From NCBI GenBank assembly GCA_001782235.1, contig MFOC01000002.1:106912-170911 (forward strand): 64,000 nt of DNA, in the 5' to 3' direction. Below the pieces are notes generated by a model, which was not told the DNA's origin, ran no database searches, and saw only the letters and a list, made by a program, of their open reading frames with translations. The stretch's first letter is position 1, and each line of letters opens with the position of its first letter. Shown one piece after another: positions 10,468 through 20,452 of the stretch. Position numbers and translations under genes: made by a program. This DNA is from Candidatus Levybacteria bacterium RIFCSPHIGHO2_02_FULL_40_18 (lineage in GTDB: Bacteria > Patescibacteriota > Microgenomatia > Levybacterales > GWA1-39-11).

Positions 10468-11252
10468 GAAATTCGAGGAGCCTTTCTTGTCTTTGCATAA
10501 TAACGAGTAATTTTCTGTCTCCAAAAGACACGCAAAGTATCAAGTAGCATAGCATAAATTATTTCCCAGAAATTTTTAGATGTAATTGTCGAAACTCCGG
10601 TAAATTTGAGCTTAATAGGAGCTTCAAAAATCCTCCTGAATCCTAAAGTATAGGCAACTGCTAAAACCTCAATATCAAATGCAAACTTTTTTTCCCTAAG
10701 CCTTGGGAATACAGAATCAACAACTTTTCTCCTGAAAAACTTAAGTCCAACCTGAGTATCTCTTACTTTAAATCCAAACAAAAGGTGGGTGATAGTCCTG
10801 TAGCCCCATGAAAGAATTTTACGTTCAACTGGATAATTGACCTGAGAAACAGAATGGAGTTTACTTCCAACTATAATATCGGCATTATACCATTCCATGT
10901 GATTTAAGAGCATTATAATTCCGGTTGGATCAATATCCATCCCGGAATCTATAAACCCAATAACATCACCGCGAGCTTTTGAAAATCCGTATCTTATCGC
11001 GAATCCTTTTCCCTTGTTTTTTTCGTAGCCAAAAATATGAACACGCTCGTTTTCAAGCTTTTTTGCGCGATCATATGTTTTGTCTAAAAATCCATCGACT
11101 ATAACGATCATTTCAAATGGTATCTGAACTGTTGATAGCGTTGAAAAAATTCTTTTAATATCTCGCGCTATAGTCCTTTGCTGTTTATATGAGGGAATTA
11201 CAACCGAAAGAAGTTTTATATTCTCAAAGCTTTTATTTATTGCTCGTTGCAT
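10455..11252 (-). CDS. GT2 glycosyltransferase (polyprenol-phosphate sugar synthase-like)
   Basis: SVVIPSY, NKGKGFAI, FIDSG, DTQVGLK, FAFDIE. Confidence 0.88.
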   Translation of the reverse strand: MQRAINKSFENIKLLSVVIPSYKQQRTIARDIKRIFSTLSTVQIPFEMIVIVDGFLDKTYDRAKKLENERVHIFGYEKNKGKGFAIRYGFSKARGDVIGFIDSGMDIDPTGIIMLLNHMEWYNADIIVGSKLHSVSQVNYPVERKILSWGYRTITHLLFGFKVRDTQVGLKFFRRKVVDSVFPRLREKKFAFDIEVLAVAYTLGFRRIFEAPIKLKFTGVSTITSKNFWEIIYAMLLDTLRVFWRQKITRYYAKTRKAPRISWAK

Positions 11253-12507
11253 GCGGATAGTATAGCAAAAGCAAAATTAGAAGTAAAAATGTAACTGTTA
11301 TTGAGATCCAAATAATTTCTGCGATAGTCTTATGAAAGAAAGTTATTAAAATTATTTGAAGAATGGCCGCGCCTCCAACAAAAAATGAAGGGACAGTCCG
11401 ATGTATTGATAAATAGAAATTTGCAAATAGGCTTGAGAGTGATAGCAGGGATACAAATATTCCAAACATTCCAAGCATGTTGGCAATAACTAAATATTTT
11501 GTCCCAAAGAGCAAAAGAACCATAAATTCGGGCGCAAAAAAGAAAACAAGGGTAATAAATCCGGCTATAAGAAGCGTGAAGGAAGTCCCCAGTATCAAAA
11601 GCCTCCTGTAGCTTTCTCCTCTAGCATGGTGTTCTGAGATCATAGGAAAAAGCACCAACACTATGGGGGCGGCTGCAAAATATACAATTTTTCCTAAAAC
11701 CGAAAGAGCAGAATAATATCCTGAATCTGCTCCGGGGAAAAAATGTCTTACCAAAATTACGTCTGTAGTAAATATGGAAATAAGAGAAAGGGATGTAATA
11801 AACGTAGGTAGTGAAAACTTTAGGAGGTCACGGCCGTGAAGATATTTTACGGTACTAGTTAAATGTATTTTAACAATATCTTTTATATAAAAAGCGGAAA
11901 CAACTGACGCGAGAACTATGCTTACTATCACGGCGCCATACGCGCCTTCCACTTTATATCCTAAATAAACGAGGAGTATTGCAGACAATAATTTTACAAG
12001 CGCCTCGATAAAATTAAGCATGCTTAGCTTAAAGAAGGAGGATATTCCCTGAAGCAGGCTTTTGTTCAAGAAATAAAACAGGTTTATAAAAAAACCCAAC
12101 GGAAGAAGAAGAGCCAGTGTTATTGAGGGCAAATGCAAAAACTTTTGAATAAAGGGGGAAATTATTACAAAGATAACGGAAATTAATAAACCAAAAATCA
12201 GAAGAAGTCTAAGAATGTAGTTATAAAGACCGTAGATAGATTCATTTTCCCCTCTCCCTTTATATGAGGCGACATATTTTACAATCACAAGGTTTAAGGT
12301 TAAGGTGGGCACAGAGAGAATATATAGAGCGGATATAATACTTTCAAGGGCTCCATATAGCGATACGCCAAGCATCCGTCCCATGAGCAGATGGTAAAGA
12401 TAATTCCCGACGTTCATAAAACCTAAGCCCAGAAACATCCAGAAAGTAGCTGAGAAAAATTGGTCCTTAGCTATTTTTGAAACTAAATTAGACGTAAGCT
12501 TTCTCAT
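11233..12507 (-). CDS. Oligosaccharide flippase (Wzx-like)
   Basis: About 12 TM segments, GRMLGVSLYG, DVILVRHF, GYYSA; glycan-cluster context. Confidence 0.85.
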   Translation of the reverse strand: MRKLTSNLVSKIAKDQFFSATFWMFLGLGFMNVGNYLYHLLMGRMLGVSLYGALESIISALYILSVPTLTLNLVIVKYVASYKGRGENESIYGLYNYILRLLLIFGLLISVIFVIISPFIQKFLHLPSITLALLLPLGFFINLFYFLNKSLLQGISSFFKLSMLNFIEALVKLLSAILLVYLGYKVEGAYGAVIVSIVLASVVSAFYIKDIVKIHLTSTVKYLHGRDLLKFSLPTFITSLSLISIFTTDVILVRHFFPGADSGYYSALSVLGKIVYFAAAPIVLVLFPMISEHHARGESYRRLLILGTSFTLLIAGFITLVFFFAPEFMVLLLFGTKYLVIANMLGMFGIFVSLLSLSSLFANFYLSIHRTVPSFFVGGAAILQIILITFFHKTIAEIIWISITVTFLLLILLLLYYPHATSNK

Positions 12508-13546
12508 ATGCGGCGACTAGATCCTTCATGACTCTATCTAGTGAGAATTTCTTTGATTGTTCGAGCCCTTTTTTTGAAAGCTCGCCGCGAAGTTTTGGTT
12601 CGGCAAATAGTCTTTCAATACCGTCAATAATGCTTTCCTTACTATCCGGATCGATATATAATGCTGCATCGCCTGCTACTTCCGGCAGACTTCCTCCTCG
12701 TGTCGTAATCACGGGACACCCGCAGGTCATTGCCTCAAGAACAGGCAAGCCAAATCCTTCATAAATTGAAGGCATAATAAGCGCAGTAGCAATATTGTAA
12801 AGTTTGACTAAGTCTTCGTCAGGAACAAATCCTAACTGAATAAACTGATCGTCCCCCTCTATAATCTTGAGAACTTTTCGAAGGTCATCGTTCCACGGGT
12901 TATTCGAAATTTCAGTAACCGAACTTGACCATACTTTTCCAACCAGAACCAGTTTATGTCTTGTTTGTTTTAGTGCAGAAATAAGATTCGGGAGATTTTT
13001 ATTCCAAGTCGCATCCCCAACATAGAGCAAAAAATTCTCCGGGAGTGAGAATTTTTTGCGAGTTGCCACCTGCCACGCGCCACCTGCCACGCGCCTGAAT
13101 TGCTCACCTGCAGCAAGATACACTGTTCGAATTTTGTCTTCGGGAATCCCTACAATATCCCTGACATCTTTCCTTGAACAATTTGAATCAGTAATTATTA
13201 AATCAGCTTTTTTAAGACGGGATCTTTGGATTAACCATTTTATCTTTCCTCTTATTCCGGGGGGGAAATGCTCCGGAAAAACTAGGGGAGTTAAATCATG
13301 AACTGTAACAATCGTTTTTGTTAGAGACTTGCTTGCTAAGGTAATAAAGAAGGGATCGAAATACGGATAATGGATTAAATCAACATTTGGCGGGAAGTTT
13401 TTATCTTCTACAAATACATATTCATTTTTTTTATCGAATTTTGGCAGGTTCGTAATTAACATATTTATATATGCCCCCACTCCCCTCACCTTATGAGCGG
13501 AAGTCGAAGCTTTCGAAACAGGGGAAACATGAACAGCTATCTTCAT
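12488..13546 (-). CDS. GT4 family glycosyltransferase (MtfB-like)
   Basis: TVHDLTP, KNLPNL, PSIYEGFGLPVLEAMTCG. Confidence 0.93.
   Translation of the reverse strand: MKIAVHVSPVSKASTSAHKVRGVGAYINMLITNLPKFDKKNEYVFVEDKNFPPNVDLIHYPYFDPFFITLASKSLTKTIVTVHDLTPLVFPEHFPPGIRGKIKWLIQRSRLKKADLIITDSNCSRKDVRDIVGIPEDKIRTVYLAAGEQFRRVAGGAWQVATRKKFSLPENFLLYVGDATWNKNLPNLISALKQTRHKLVLVGKVWSSSVTEISNNPWNDDLRKVLKIIEGDDQFIQLGFVPDEDLVKLYNIATALIMPSIYEGFGLPVLEAMTCGCPVITTRGGSLPEVAGDAALYIDPDSKESIIDGIERLFAEPKLRGELSKKGLEQSKKFSLDRVMKDLVAAYEKAYV
13065..13095. repeat. In-frame heptamer array GCCACCT/GCCACGC, 4+ units
   Basis: gccacct gccacgc gccacct gccacgc gcc, encoding part of RRVAGGAWQVA. Confidence 0.85.
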
Positions 13547-15180
13547 TTCTTAATTATAGCAGTAGTTTTAGCATGAATTAAAACTAGAAGAAGAACTGAA
13601 ATAAGGAAATAAGTGTACGAGAGTTTTTGGATTGGGGTATTATCTAAGAATACGCGAATATTCTTTGCCCCCTTGGGAATTTTAAGCAAAATTCGGCCTT
13701 TATGATTTTCGACTGGAACACTTTCCCCATTAACTTCTGCTGTCCAGCCGGGAAAATAAGCAGTGTTTATTAAGATTTTCGAATCAACTTTTGAATCAAC
13801 AGTAAACGAATAAGATATCGATTTTATTTCACTTATTTTAATATTTCCGGACCCCTCAACTACTTCTATTTTTTCTTTCTTCTTATCAGGAATTCCTAAA
13901 AGCCATTTTGTATTAAATGCATTTCCAGGACTATTTGTCCCATCAGTAAAATTCGCCCGAGTTAAATAGTGCTGATCTGCTCGCTTGTGGTAAAAAGGGG
14001 CCTTTGCATACCTAATCGAAAACCCGATCGAAATTATAATTAAAATTGCTGTGATAATCATCCAAGCCTTCTCTCTTTTCTTAAATAACGAGTCCTGGAC
14101 TAAACTTCCTGCCAAGAATGAAGCAATCAGAATAACGAGACTCAAAAGCCTCCATGGAAATTGAATATAAGCTATACCTGGAATATTTTTCCAAAGCAAG
14201 ACAGAAAAGGGAGTAATGAAAAAGACAGTAATTAGAAATAAGGAATTGAAAAATAATAACGTTCGCTTCTTTTTCGAAACATATAAAACTATCATCGAAC
14301 CAGCAACTGCAATTAGATTGGCAATTCCAATCTGGAATGACATTTGATCCGATTCATTTGTCCCTGAAAATCCATAACCCCATGAAGAGTAGATTAATTT
14401 ATAAAGAACTGGGAAGTGCTGCAATGGCTGAGAAGTCTGAAGACCAATAACGTATTGTGTCTCAAGAAGTGCCGGCAGCCAAAAAGGAGAAGAAAGTCCT
14501 AGTCCAGTAAGACAAATTATAAACGTATTTAAAATTAATGCTTTCTTCTCCTTTGAATTAAGTATTAAGTATGAACTATAAAGTATGAAGAAACTAAAAA
14601 ATATTAGGGCCAAGATGTTATGAGCTAAAATTAAAAGCGCGAGAAAAATTGAAGATAATACAAGGAATATTTTTCGATTTGATTCGTAGTAAGAATAATA
14701 AGACCAAAATAACGCAGGCGCAAGTCCCAAACTCCACACTTCCCCAACTGATCCTCTAACATAAATGTCTAAAAAGTGATAAGGAGAAAATGTATAAAAA
14801 ACTGACGACACAACTGCGCCCCATTCTCCCCAATATTTTTTGGCCCAAAGATACATGAATATAGCGCCAAACAAGGTCGCAGCGGCCATATTGAGCTTAA
14901 AAGAGTCAATGAATCCAAGTCCTGAAGCATGAAAAATAGAAGCTACATAATTCGGCCATGGATAGACATAGTTAAATAATGGTATGCCAAAACCATTGTT
15001 GAAGTCTGGAGCCCACCGGGGATATAAATTACCTCCGGAGATTACTTTATAAAATTGTTGGAAGCGCATCACGTGGTATTCGCCATCATGAGTTGGCGGA
15101 ATCCCAAAGTTTGCAAGATCCAAAACCGCAAAAATCCCAATAAAAATTACTATCGCAATAGGGAATATCTTTTTAACCAT
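13543..15180 (-). CDS. GT-C membrane protein, 6-pyruvoyl-tetrahydropterin-synthase-related family
   Basis: THDGEYH, PRWAPDFNNGFG, PYHFLDIYVRG, IQFPWR, YFPGW. Confidence 0.82.
   Translation of the reverse strand: MVKKIFPIAIVIFIGIFAVLDLANFGIPPTHDGEYHVMRFQQFYKVISGGNLYPRWAPDFNNGFGIPLFNYVYPWPNYVASIFHASGLGFIDSFKLNMAAATLFGAIFMYLWAKKYWGEWGAVVSSVFYTFSPYHFLDIYVRGSVGEVWSLGLAPALFWSYYSYYESNRKIFLVLSSIFLALLILAHNILALIFFSFFILYSSYLILNSKEKKALILNTFIICLTGLGLSSPFWLPALLETQYVIGLQTSQPLQHFPVLYKLIYSSWGYGFSGTNESDQMSFQIGIANLIAVAGSMIVLYVSKKKRTLLFFNSLFLITVFFITPFSVLLWKNIPGIAYIQFPWRLLSLVILIASFLAGSLVQDSLFKKREKAWMIITAILIIISIGFSIRYAKAPFYHKRADQHYLTRANFTDGTNSPGNAFNTKWLLGIPDKKKEKIEVVEGSGNIKISEIKSISYSFTVDSKVDSKILINTAYFPGWTAEVNGESVPVENHKGRILLKIPKGAKNIRVFLDNTPIQKLSYTYFLISVLLLVLIHAKTTAIIKK
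14554..14588. repeat. In-frame degenerate heptamer array (AGTATKA), 5 units
   Basis: tgaatta agtatta agtatga actataa agtatga. Confidence 0.55.
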
Positions 15181-16256
15181 GTGTAAATTAAAAATATAAG
15201 AACAGGGGTTATCATGAGTATATTTCGAATTATTGGGGTTAGGCCAAAATAATTGCCTGTCGCCATGTACGGAATGTAGCGAAGCATGAGCCCTAAAGAA
15301 AAGACTAAGACTAAACTCTGCAAAAATTTATTTTTGCGAAGAAATGAAGTAAAAGTTATAAACCATATCGCATACCATGGATAAAGCTCCTCGCGAATGG
15401 GAGACAGAACAAAAATAATAAACATTAGAATTGCCGAATACTTAAATGCTTTTTCTTGGTTTATTTTCTTTCCGAAAATCCTATCTTTTAATAGCCCTAA
15501 ATAAACGGGTGTAAGAAACAGTGTCGCAGGCTTGATAAATACCGAACCAAGAATCGACAAAAACGAAGACATATAATTCTTCTGAAAAAATAGATAAAGG
15601 GACAAAAGCGCAAAGAGTATCATTACAATATCGTTATGACTACTTATTAAAGACTCAATTATAACCAAGGGATTTAATGCAAGGAAGAAGGCGGCGGTTT
15701 TATCGATTCTTCTCATAAGATAAATTGTTCCAATGTAGAATAGTGCAATAAACACCTTAAATGAAAACAGAGTCAAGATGAAACTCCCCAAGCCTAAAAA
15801 GTATGGAATTACAGTTAGTAGAATCCAAAAAGGCCCGTAAAGCGCGGTTTTGTTTGCCGCGCGAGTAAACGCAAGGTATGGATCATTCAACATTTCGATT
15901 GGATAAACAACATAAGGATTCTCCTGATAAAGAAACGTGACTTTGGCAGTAGTTATATAATTGAAGATGTCGAATGTTAAAGCCGCAGGGTAAGCAAAAA
16001 TTGTAGCAAGAACTATGAATAAAATTAATTTATTGAGATTTAGTTTTAGACGGTTAAGATTGGTAAGTAAAAAATAAGAGCAACTAAATAAAACCACGAT
16101 AAGGCTCGAATAAATAATACTCAATAATATCCGTTGATTGAGATATAAACCAGTATATAAGTTCGATAAGTAAGAAAGATTAATGTCGACAAAGGAATAG
16201 GTAAAAATCGAGAATAAAACTAGGGTCAGAATAAAAATAGAGACTACAATATTCAT
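15150..16256 (-). CDS. GT-C membrane glycosyltransferase (GT87/MptA-like)
   Basis: DIFNY, NPY, YGPFW, LNPLVIIE, HND and YPWY motifs. Confidence 0.78.
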   Translation of the reverse strand: MNIVVSIFILTLVLFSIFTYSFVDINLSYLSNLYTGLYLNQRILLSIIYSSLIVVLFSCSYFLLTNLNRLKLNLNKLILFIVLATIFAYPAALTFDIFNYITTAKVTFLYQENPYVVYPIEMLNDPYLAFTRAANKTALYGPFWILLTVIPYFLGLGSFILTLFSFKVFIALFYIGTIYLMRRIDKTAAFFLALNPLVIIESLISSHNDIVMILFALLSLYLFFQKNYMSSFLSILGSVFIKPATLFLTPVYLGLLKDRIFGKKINQEKAFKYSAILMFIIFVLSPIREELYPWYAIWFITFTSFLRKNKFLQSLVLVFSLGLMLRYIPYMATGNYFGLTPIIRNILMITPVLIFLIYTWLKRYSLLR

Positions 16257-16777
16257 AGTGCTTCCTGTCTCACCCTGATTGAATTTTCGAATGCCTCCGA
16301 TAGATTGAGGGTTCTACCCTGTTGTTTCTCGGGTCTCCACTTAAAAGTTTGGGGAAGGTTTTGTTTTAACTTCAATAATTCTTCTATATGTTTCTCTGCC
16401 GCTTCTTTTAAAAGCTTTTTTTTATCAGTCGTATTTTTACCATTCTTTTTAGCTGAAAGAATTGCAGGCTCTATCTTTTTAAGATATTTGTCCGATTTTT
16501 GAAGATCCTGAAATGCTAAAAGGTATTGTTTATAATCAAACAAAGTTTTGGCTTCGACTAAATACTTATCCGACTGAGAAAGATTATATTTAAATTGCCC
16601 GAAATCCCCAAAATACCAAAACCGAAGAAGTTCCTCTTGTATTAAATTGAGTTTATAAATAATACTTCCCGGCATTGCCGAAGGATACGGCAAAACATAA
16701 GACGATTCCGCAAATATGTTTCGAGGAAATAATAAAATTAAAAAGGTAAGGAATAAAATTAAATAATATCGAAACAT
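16253..16777 (-). CDS. Exported helical hypothetical protein (DUF5667-like)
   Basis: Signal peptide followed by YVLPYPSAMPGSIIYKL. Confidence 0.7.
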   Translation of the reverse strand: MFRYYLILFLTFLILLFPRNIFAESSYVLPYPSAMPGSIIYKLNLIQEELLRFWYFGDFGQFKYNLSQSDKYLVEAKTLFDYKQYLLAFQDLQKSDKYLKKIEPAILSAKKNGKNTTDKKKLLKEAAEKHIEELLKLKQNLPQTFKWRPEKQQGRTLNLSEAFENSIRVRQEAL

Positions 16778-16779
16778 TT

Positions 16780-16865
16780 TAGTTTATAAAGTTATAAGGT
16801 TTATAAGGTTTTTAAAGTTTAATTTTACTTTATGAACTTTAAGAACTTTACAAACTTTACGAACT
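16780..16865. repeat. 86-bp hairpin built from 9-nt units, copy 1 (empty form of the four-helix-bundle element)
   Basis: agtttataaagttataaggtttataaggtttttaaagt-ttaatttt-actttatgaactttaagaactttacaaactttacgaact; 84/86 identical to 17840..17925; contains the galE stop codon. Confidence 0.95.
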
Positions 16866-17834
16866 TCGGCTGTGCCACGCCCATGCCGTCCTAACTGTTG
16901 TTTCGAGATCTGAATGCTTTGGTTCGAATCCCAGTTCGGTTTTAATTCTTGTCGGATCTGCAACCAATTGGTCAGGATCCCCCGGTCTTCTTGCTTCTTC
17001 ACGAATTTTAATTTTCTTGCTAGCAACTTTTTCAACCATTTCGATTACTCCTCTATTCGAATGCCCTTCCCCAGTTCCAACATTGTAGTAATATCCACCA
17101 GGATCTTTCTGAACTTTTCCTAGCGCTAAAATATGGGCTTCTATCAGGTCTAGGACATGGATATAATCACGAATGCAGGTTCCGTCGGGAGTATTGTAAT
17201 CGGTTCCGTAAAGTTTGAATTCAGAATTTTTAATTGCCGCGCGAATCGCAAGCGGAATAATGTGAGTCTCGGGATCATGGTTTTCTCCGTTTGATCCATC
17301 AAGAGCCGCGCCTGCTGCATTGAAGTAACGGAGCGCGGCAAAACTTACATCCGGATGCTCTCTCCGTATTGACTCAAGAATTCCTTCCATTGCCAGTTTA
17401 TTTTTCCCATATTCGCTTGTGGGGCTTTTAGGATGGTCCTCAGGAATTGGAATCTTTTGAGGATTACCGTAAACCGCGGCTGAAGATGAAAAAATGAAAT
17501 TTTTGACTCTTCCAATGTTGATTGCAGATTCGAACAAGTTTTGCGAACCTACCACATTATTCTGATAATATTTATCTTTCTCTCTCTCGGATTCTTCGAC
17601 CGAAATATAAGCAGCGAAATGCATTATCGCGTCAAATTTTTCATTACCGAATATTGATTCGAGCGCGTTTCGATCTTTAATATCGCCTTGAACAAATTTT
17701 GCCCGCGAATCTAAAGCATCACGATGTCCACGTTCGAGATTGTCGAAAACCAAAACTTCATACCCTCGATCAATAAGTAATCGAACCATAAATGATCCAA
17801 TATATCCGGCTCCCCCGGTTACTAATATTCTCAT
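16857..17834 (-). CDS. galE: UDP-glucose 4-epimerase
   Basis: GGAGYIGS, HFAAYISVEES, YGKNK, LRYFNAAGA, ETHIIP, DGTCIRDYIHVLDL. Confidence 0.95.
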   Translation of the reverse strand: MRILVTGGAGYIGSFMVRLLIDRGYEVLVFDNLERGHRDALDSRAKFVQGDIKDRNALESIFGNEKFDAIMHFAAYISVEESEREKDKYYQNNVVGSQNLFESAINIGRVKNFIFSSSAAVYGNPQKIPIPEDHPKSPTSEYGKNKLAMEGILESIRREHPDVSFAALRYFNAAGAALDGSNGENHDPETHIIPLAIRAAIKNSEFKLYGTDYNTPDGTCIRDYIHVLDLIEAHILALGKVQKDPGGYYYNVGTGEGHSNRGVIEMVEKVASKKIKIREEARRPGDPDQLVADPTRIKTELGFEPKHSDLETTVRTAWAWHSRSS

Positions 17835-17839
17835 ATTTA

Positions 17840-17925
17840 TAGTTTGTAAAGTTGTAAGGTTTATAAGGTTTTTAAAGTTTAATTTTACTTTATGAACTTT
17901 AAGAACTTTACAAACTTTACGAACT
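17840..17925. repeat. 86-bp hairpin built from 9-nt units, copy 2
   Basis: Direct repeat of 16780..16865 with two A/G differences; fills the intergenic gap. Confidence 0.95.
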
Positions 17926-18715
17926 AAGTCTTACGTTTTAGATACTTAATGTAAGAAACAGGAAATCGTAGAGCCGAAAAAAAAGAAAAGGTAAAGCCCT
18001 GCCATGAGTCCATGAATCCCTTGTGGCGTCCATATGTTGTAAAAAGCCAGTGCGCCGGTTTGACTAATAAATATCCAAATCCATAGCCAAGCTTTAAGAT
18101 AGTATTCTTGTTCTTTAACTCTTCCTCAATTTGAGTAGAAATCAAATTGTTGTATCTTCCCCATTTTTTGACGTATGTCGCAAAATCTTTATAAGGGTAG
18201 TGGAGTAGGGCATTTTTTAAATAACCGACTGCGCCTTCAACTTCTGCTTGTTCGTGTACATCTTTTTGCGGCAAGCGACCTTTTCCTTTTCGGTAGAGTC
18301 GAAGAGTGTAGTCAGGATACTGCCCGCCCTTCATGAGGAAACGCCCTAGGAAAAAATTTCTTCTTGGCATCCAATAGCCATTAATTGGCTCTTGGCTGTT
18401 AGCTGTTGGCTTTTGGTTGATGGCTTCTCGGATTTCGTTAGCGAGTTCGGAAGGGACTACTTCGTCGGCATCAAGCTGCAGAATCCAGTCGCCTGTGCAT
18501 ACATCAATTGCCTTCTGTTTATTAACATGAAAAATGGGGTAATTTTTGCCGACTATTACTCTTGCGCCAAAACTTTTAGCTATCTCAACCGTTTTGTCAG
18601 TCGACTGCCCATCGTAAATCACAATTTCATCAGCAATATCTCGAACAGATTCAAGCGTCCTCGCAAGATTTTCTTCTTCGTTAAAAGTCGCCAACGCTAT
18701 GGATAACTTCGTCAT
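17924..18715 (-). CDS. GT2 glycosyltransferase (beta-1,4-glucosyltransferase-like)
   Basis: TFNEE, DGQSTDKT, WILQLDADE, YPDYTLRLYRK, VHE. Confidence 0.9.
   Translation of the reverse strand: MTKLSIALATFNEEENLARTLESVRDIADEIVIYDGQSTDKTVEIAKSFGARVIVGKNYPIFHVNKQKAIDVCTGDWILQLDADEVVPSELANEIREAINQKPTANSQEPINGYWMPRRNFFLGRFLMKGGQYPDYTLRLYRKGKGRLPQKDVHEQAEVEGAVGYLKNALLHYPYKDFATYVKKWGRYNNLISTQIEEELKNKNTILKLGYGFGYLLVKPAHWLFTTYGRHKGFMDSWQGFTFSFFSALRFPVSYIKYLKRKT
18385..18426. repeat. In-frame degenerate heptamer array TTGGCTN, 6 units
   Basis: ttggctc ttggctg ttagctg ttggctt ttggttg atggctt, encoding AINQKPTANSQEP. Confidence 0.88.
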
Positions 18716-18754
18716 ACGCTAATTATATCCCACCATGAGTTTGATGCGCAATTC

Positions 18755-20452
18755 TCACTGGGTTTCGGCCAGGATCAGGGAGGTTTTGCCGTCAAGATAA
18801 GGGATCTCTTTTATTTTTGTCATTCCGGATCTTAACTCGTCGGGATTGAGAACATAAAGAGTATTGGGGTAAATTTTATCTTCGAGCGAACCAAATTCAT
18901 ACTTTCCTATCTTGTGCTCTTCTGCAAAACCACCCGAAACAGTTCCGCCTTGGGCTTGATATTTGGCTGGATCAATCTTATGTAAGTAAAGATAGAACAT
19001 GTAGCTTTCGAACAAACGATCTCGATTTGAAACAACAACTTTCTCATAATTTGATTCAATCCTTGCCGTCTCATCAAGTGCCGCAAGAACTCCATACTGG
19101 AAGTGTCTCGACAACTCACGAGGTACCAAGGTATAGTATGAATGGAAAAACCAAAGCGCAAAAATACCCGCAACAATACCTGACCCTACGAGAATTGCTG
19201 TTCGGTATTTCTTAAAATAATCTATAAAAACAATAAATCCAATTGCGGCAAATATTTGAGGCAATGGTAGGAAATTGAACGTTCTCATTGGGTGGGCGTA
19301 ACCGTTTGAAATTCCTCCCGGAATAATTGCGATCAATCCCCATGCTAGCAGAAAAATTAATGTCTTTGTGGGAAGTCCAATATTTCGGACAAATAAAAAC
19401 CCCAGGAAAATTAATGGCAATTCGAATAAATACAAAAGGCCAATTGTTGGAGCTTTAAACTGCTCTCCCCCCTCATTTATGAAAAGCCAGACGGGATCAA
19501 GGTGGGAAAGATACGCATGAGCAATAAGTCTTACTGATGCTACTTTACTATTATCGAAAATAGGGCCTAATAAATCACTTTCTACCCTATCAGTGTCAAG
19601 TCGTAACTTTTCCCTCATAAAATATTCTTCCGATGTTGACAATAAATTAGTACCTTTAAAACGGATGAGCGCGTTTTGATCAAATGATGTCGCAAGAATT
19701 GGAAGAGCTATAATAAATCCGATGATTATCGAAATAATTACAGTTTTTTTATTCGCTACCAGTGTTTTAAAGTGCAAAATAGCCAAAACCAATAGCATTA
19801 AAGGAATAACTATTTTTGTACTTTGATAAGAATCAAATGACAAAGCAAGAAATGCTGCTGATAAATACAAATTCCATCGCTCACGATTCAAAAACCTGAA
19901 AAAGAACAGAAGCCCAAAAATAAAAAATGCGTATGAGGCATTAACCTCATGACCTAACCGCGAAATATATACGTGCCAGGGAGAAATAGCCAGAAAAAGA
20001 GAGGTGAGAAGTGGGACGCTGGAAGCTGGATCTTGAAGTGAGGGGTGAGATTTTTTCTTCACACTTCCCGCATCATTATCCAGCTTCCCATTTCTAACTA
20101 CCCACATCTGAAATAGTTCTTTAAGCAGCCAATAAACAGCAATAACACTAAGGGTCGAAAGTATCACTGATGGAAGTCGAACGGCAATAACGCTTAAGTT
20201 AAACAACGCGATAAAAGGAATAACTAAATATACGTAGAGGGCGGGACGGTAGTCGTCATAAGCGCGAAGAAGTATCGGAAAATGGGTTCCATACTCATCT
20301 GCCCCTGTTTTTAAAATTGAATAGGCATTGTATCCAATTGAAACTTCATCAACTGTTGCTTGTGGTGGAACATTCGAAAGATTATAAAACCTAAAAAAAA
20401 TCGCAGTTAGAACAACTACCCCTAAGATTAGGTTCGAAAGTTTAATTTTCAT
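18755..20452 (-). CDS. PMT/ArnT-family (GT39-like) glycosyltransferase
   Basis: VDEVSIGYNAYSILKTGADEYG, AVRLPS, ISPWH; start placed at MKIKL. Confidence 0.87.
   Translation of the reverse strand: MKIKLSNLILGVVVLTAIFFRFYNLSNVPPQATVDEVSIGYNAYSILKTGADEYGTHFPILLRAYDDYRPALYVYLVIPFIALFNLSVIAVRLPSVILSTLSVIAVYWLLKELFQMWVVRNGKLDNDAGSVKKKSHPSLQDPASSVPLLTSLFLAISPWHVYISRLGHEVNASYAFFIFGLLFFFRFLNRERWNLYLSAAFLALSFDSYQSTKIVIPLMLLVLAILHFKTLVANKKTVIISIIIGFIIALPILATSFDQNALIRFKGTNLLSTSEEYFMREKLRLDTDRVESDLLGPIFDNSKVASVRLIAHAYLSHLDPVWLFINEGGEQFKAPTIGLLYLFELPLIFLGFLFVRNIGLPTKTLIFLLAWGLIAIIPGGISNGYAHPMRTFNFLPLPQIFAAIGFIVFIDYFKKYRTAILVGSGIVAGIFALWFFHSYYTLVPRELSRHFQYGVLAALDETARIESNYEKVVVSNRDRLFESYMFYLYLHKIDPAKYQAQGGTVSGGFAEEHKIGKYEFGSLEDKIYPNTLYVLNPDELRSGMTKIKEIPYLDGKTSLILAETQ
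20001..20108. mobile_element. 108-bp heptamer-built palindromic element, in frame inside a CDS
   Basis: Reverse complement aligns without gaps to intergenic 36249..36356 (82/108 by hand); encodes MWVVRNGKLDNDAGSVKKKSHPSLQDPASSVPLLT; mobility is inferred. Confidence 0.85.

Noticed and set aside
16784-17035. 83-aa ORF ending in KV/NF repeats
   Set aside because: Alternative frame of galE running into the 9-mer hairpin.
16780-17925. Integron attC sites around a galE cassette
   Set aside because: No integrase, and the ends read GTT...AAC, the reverse of the RYYYAAC...GTTRRRY arrangement of attC.
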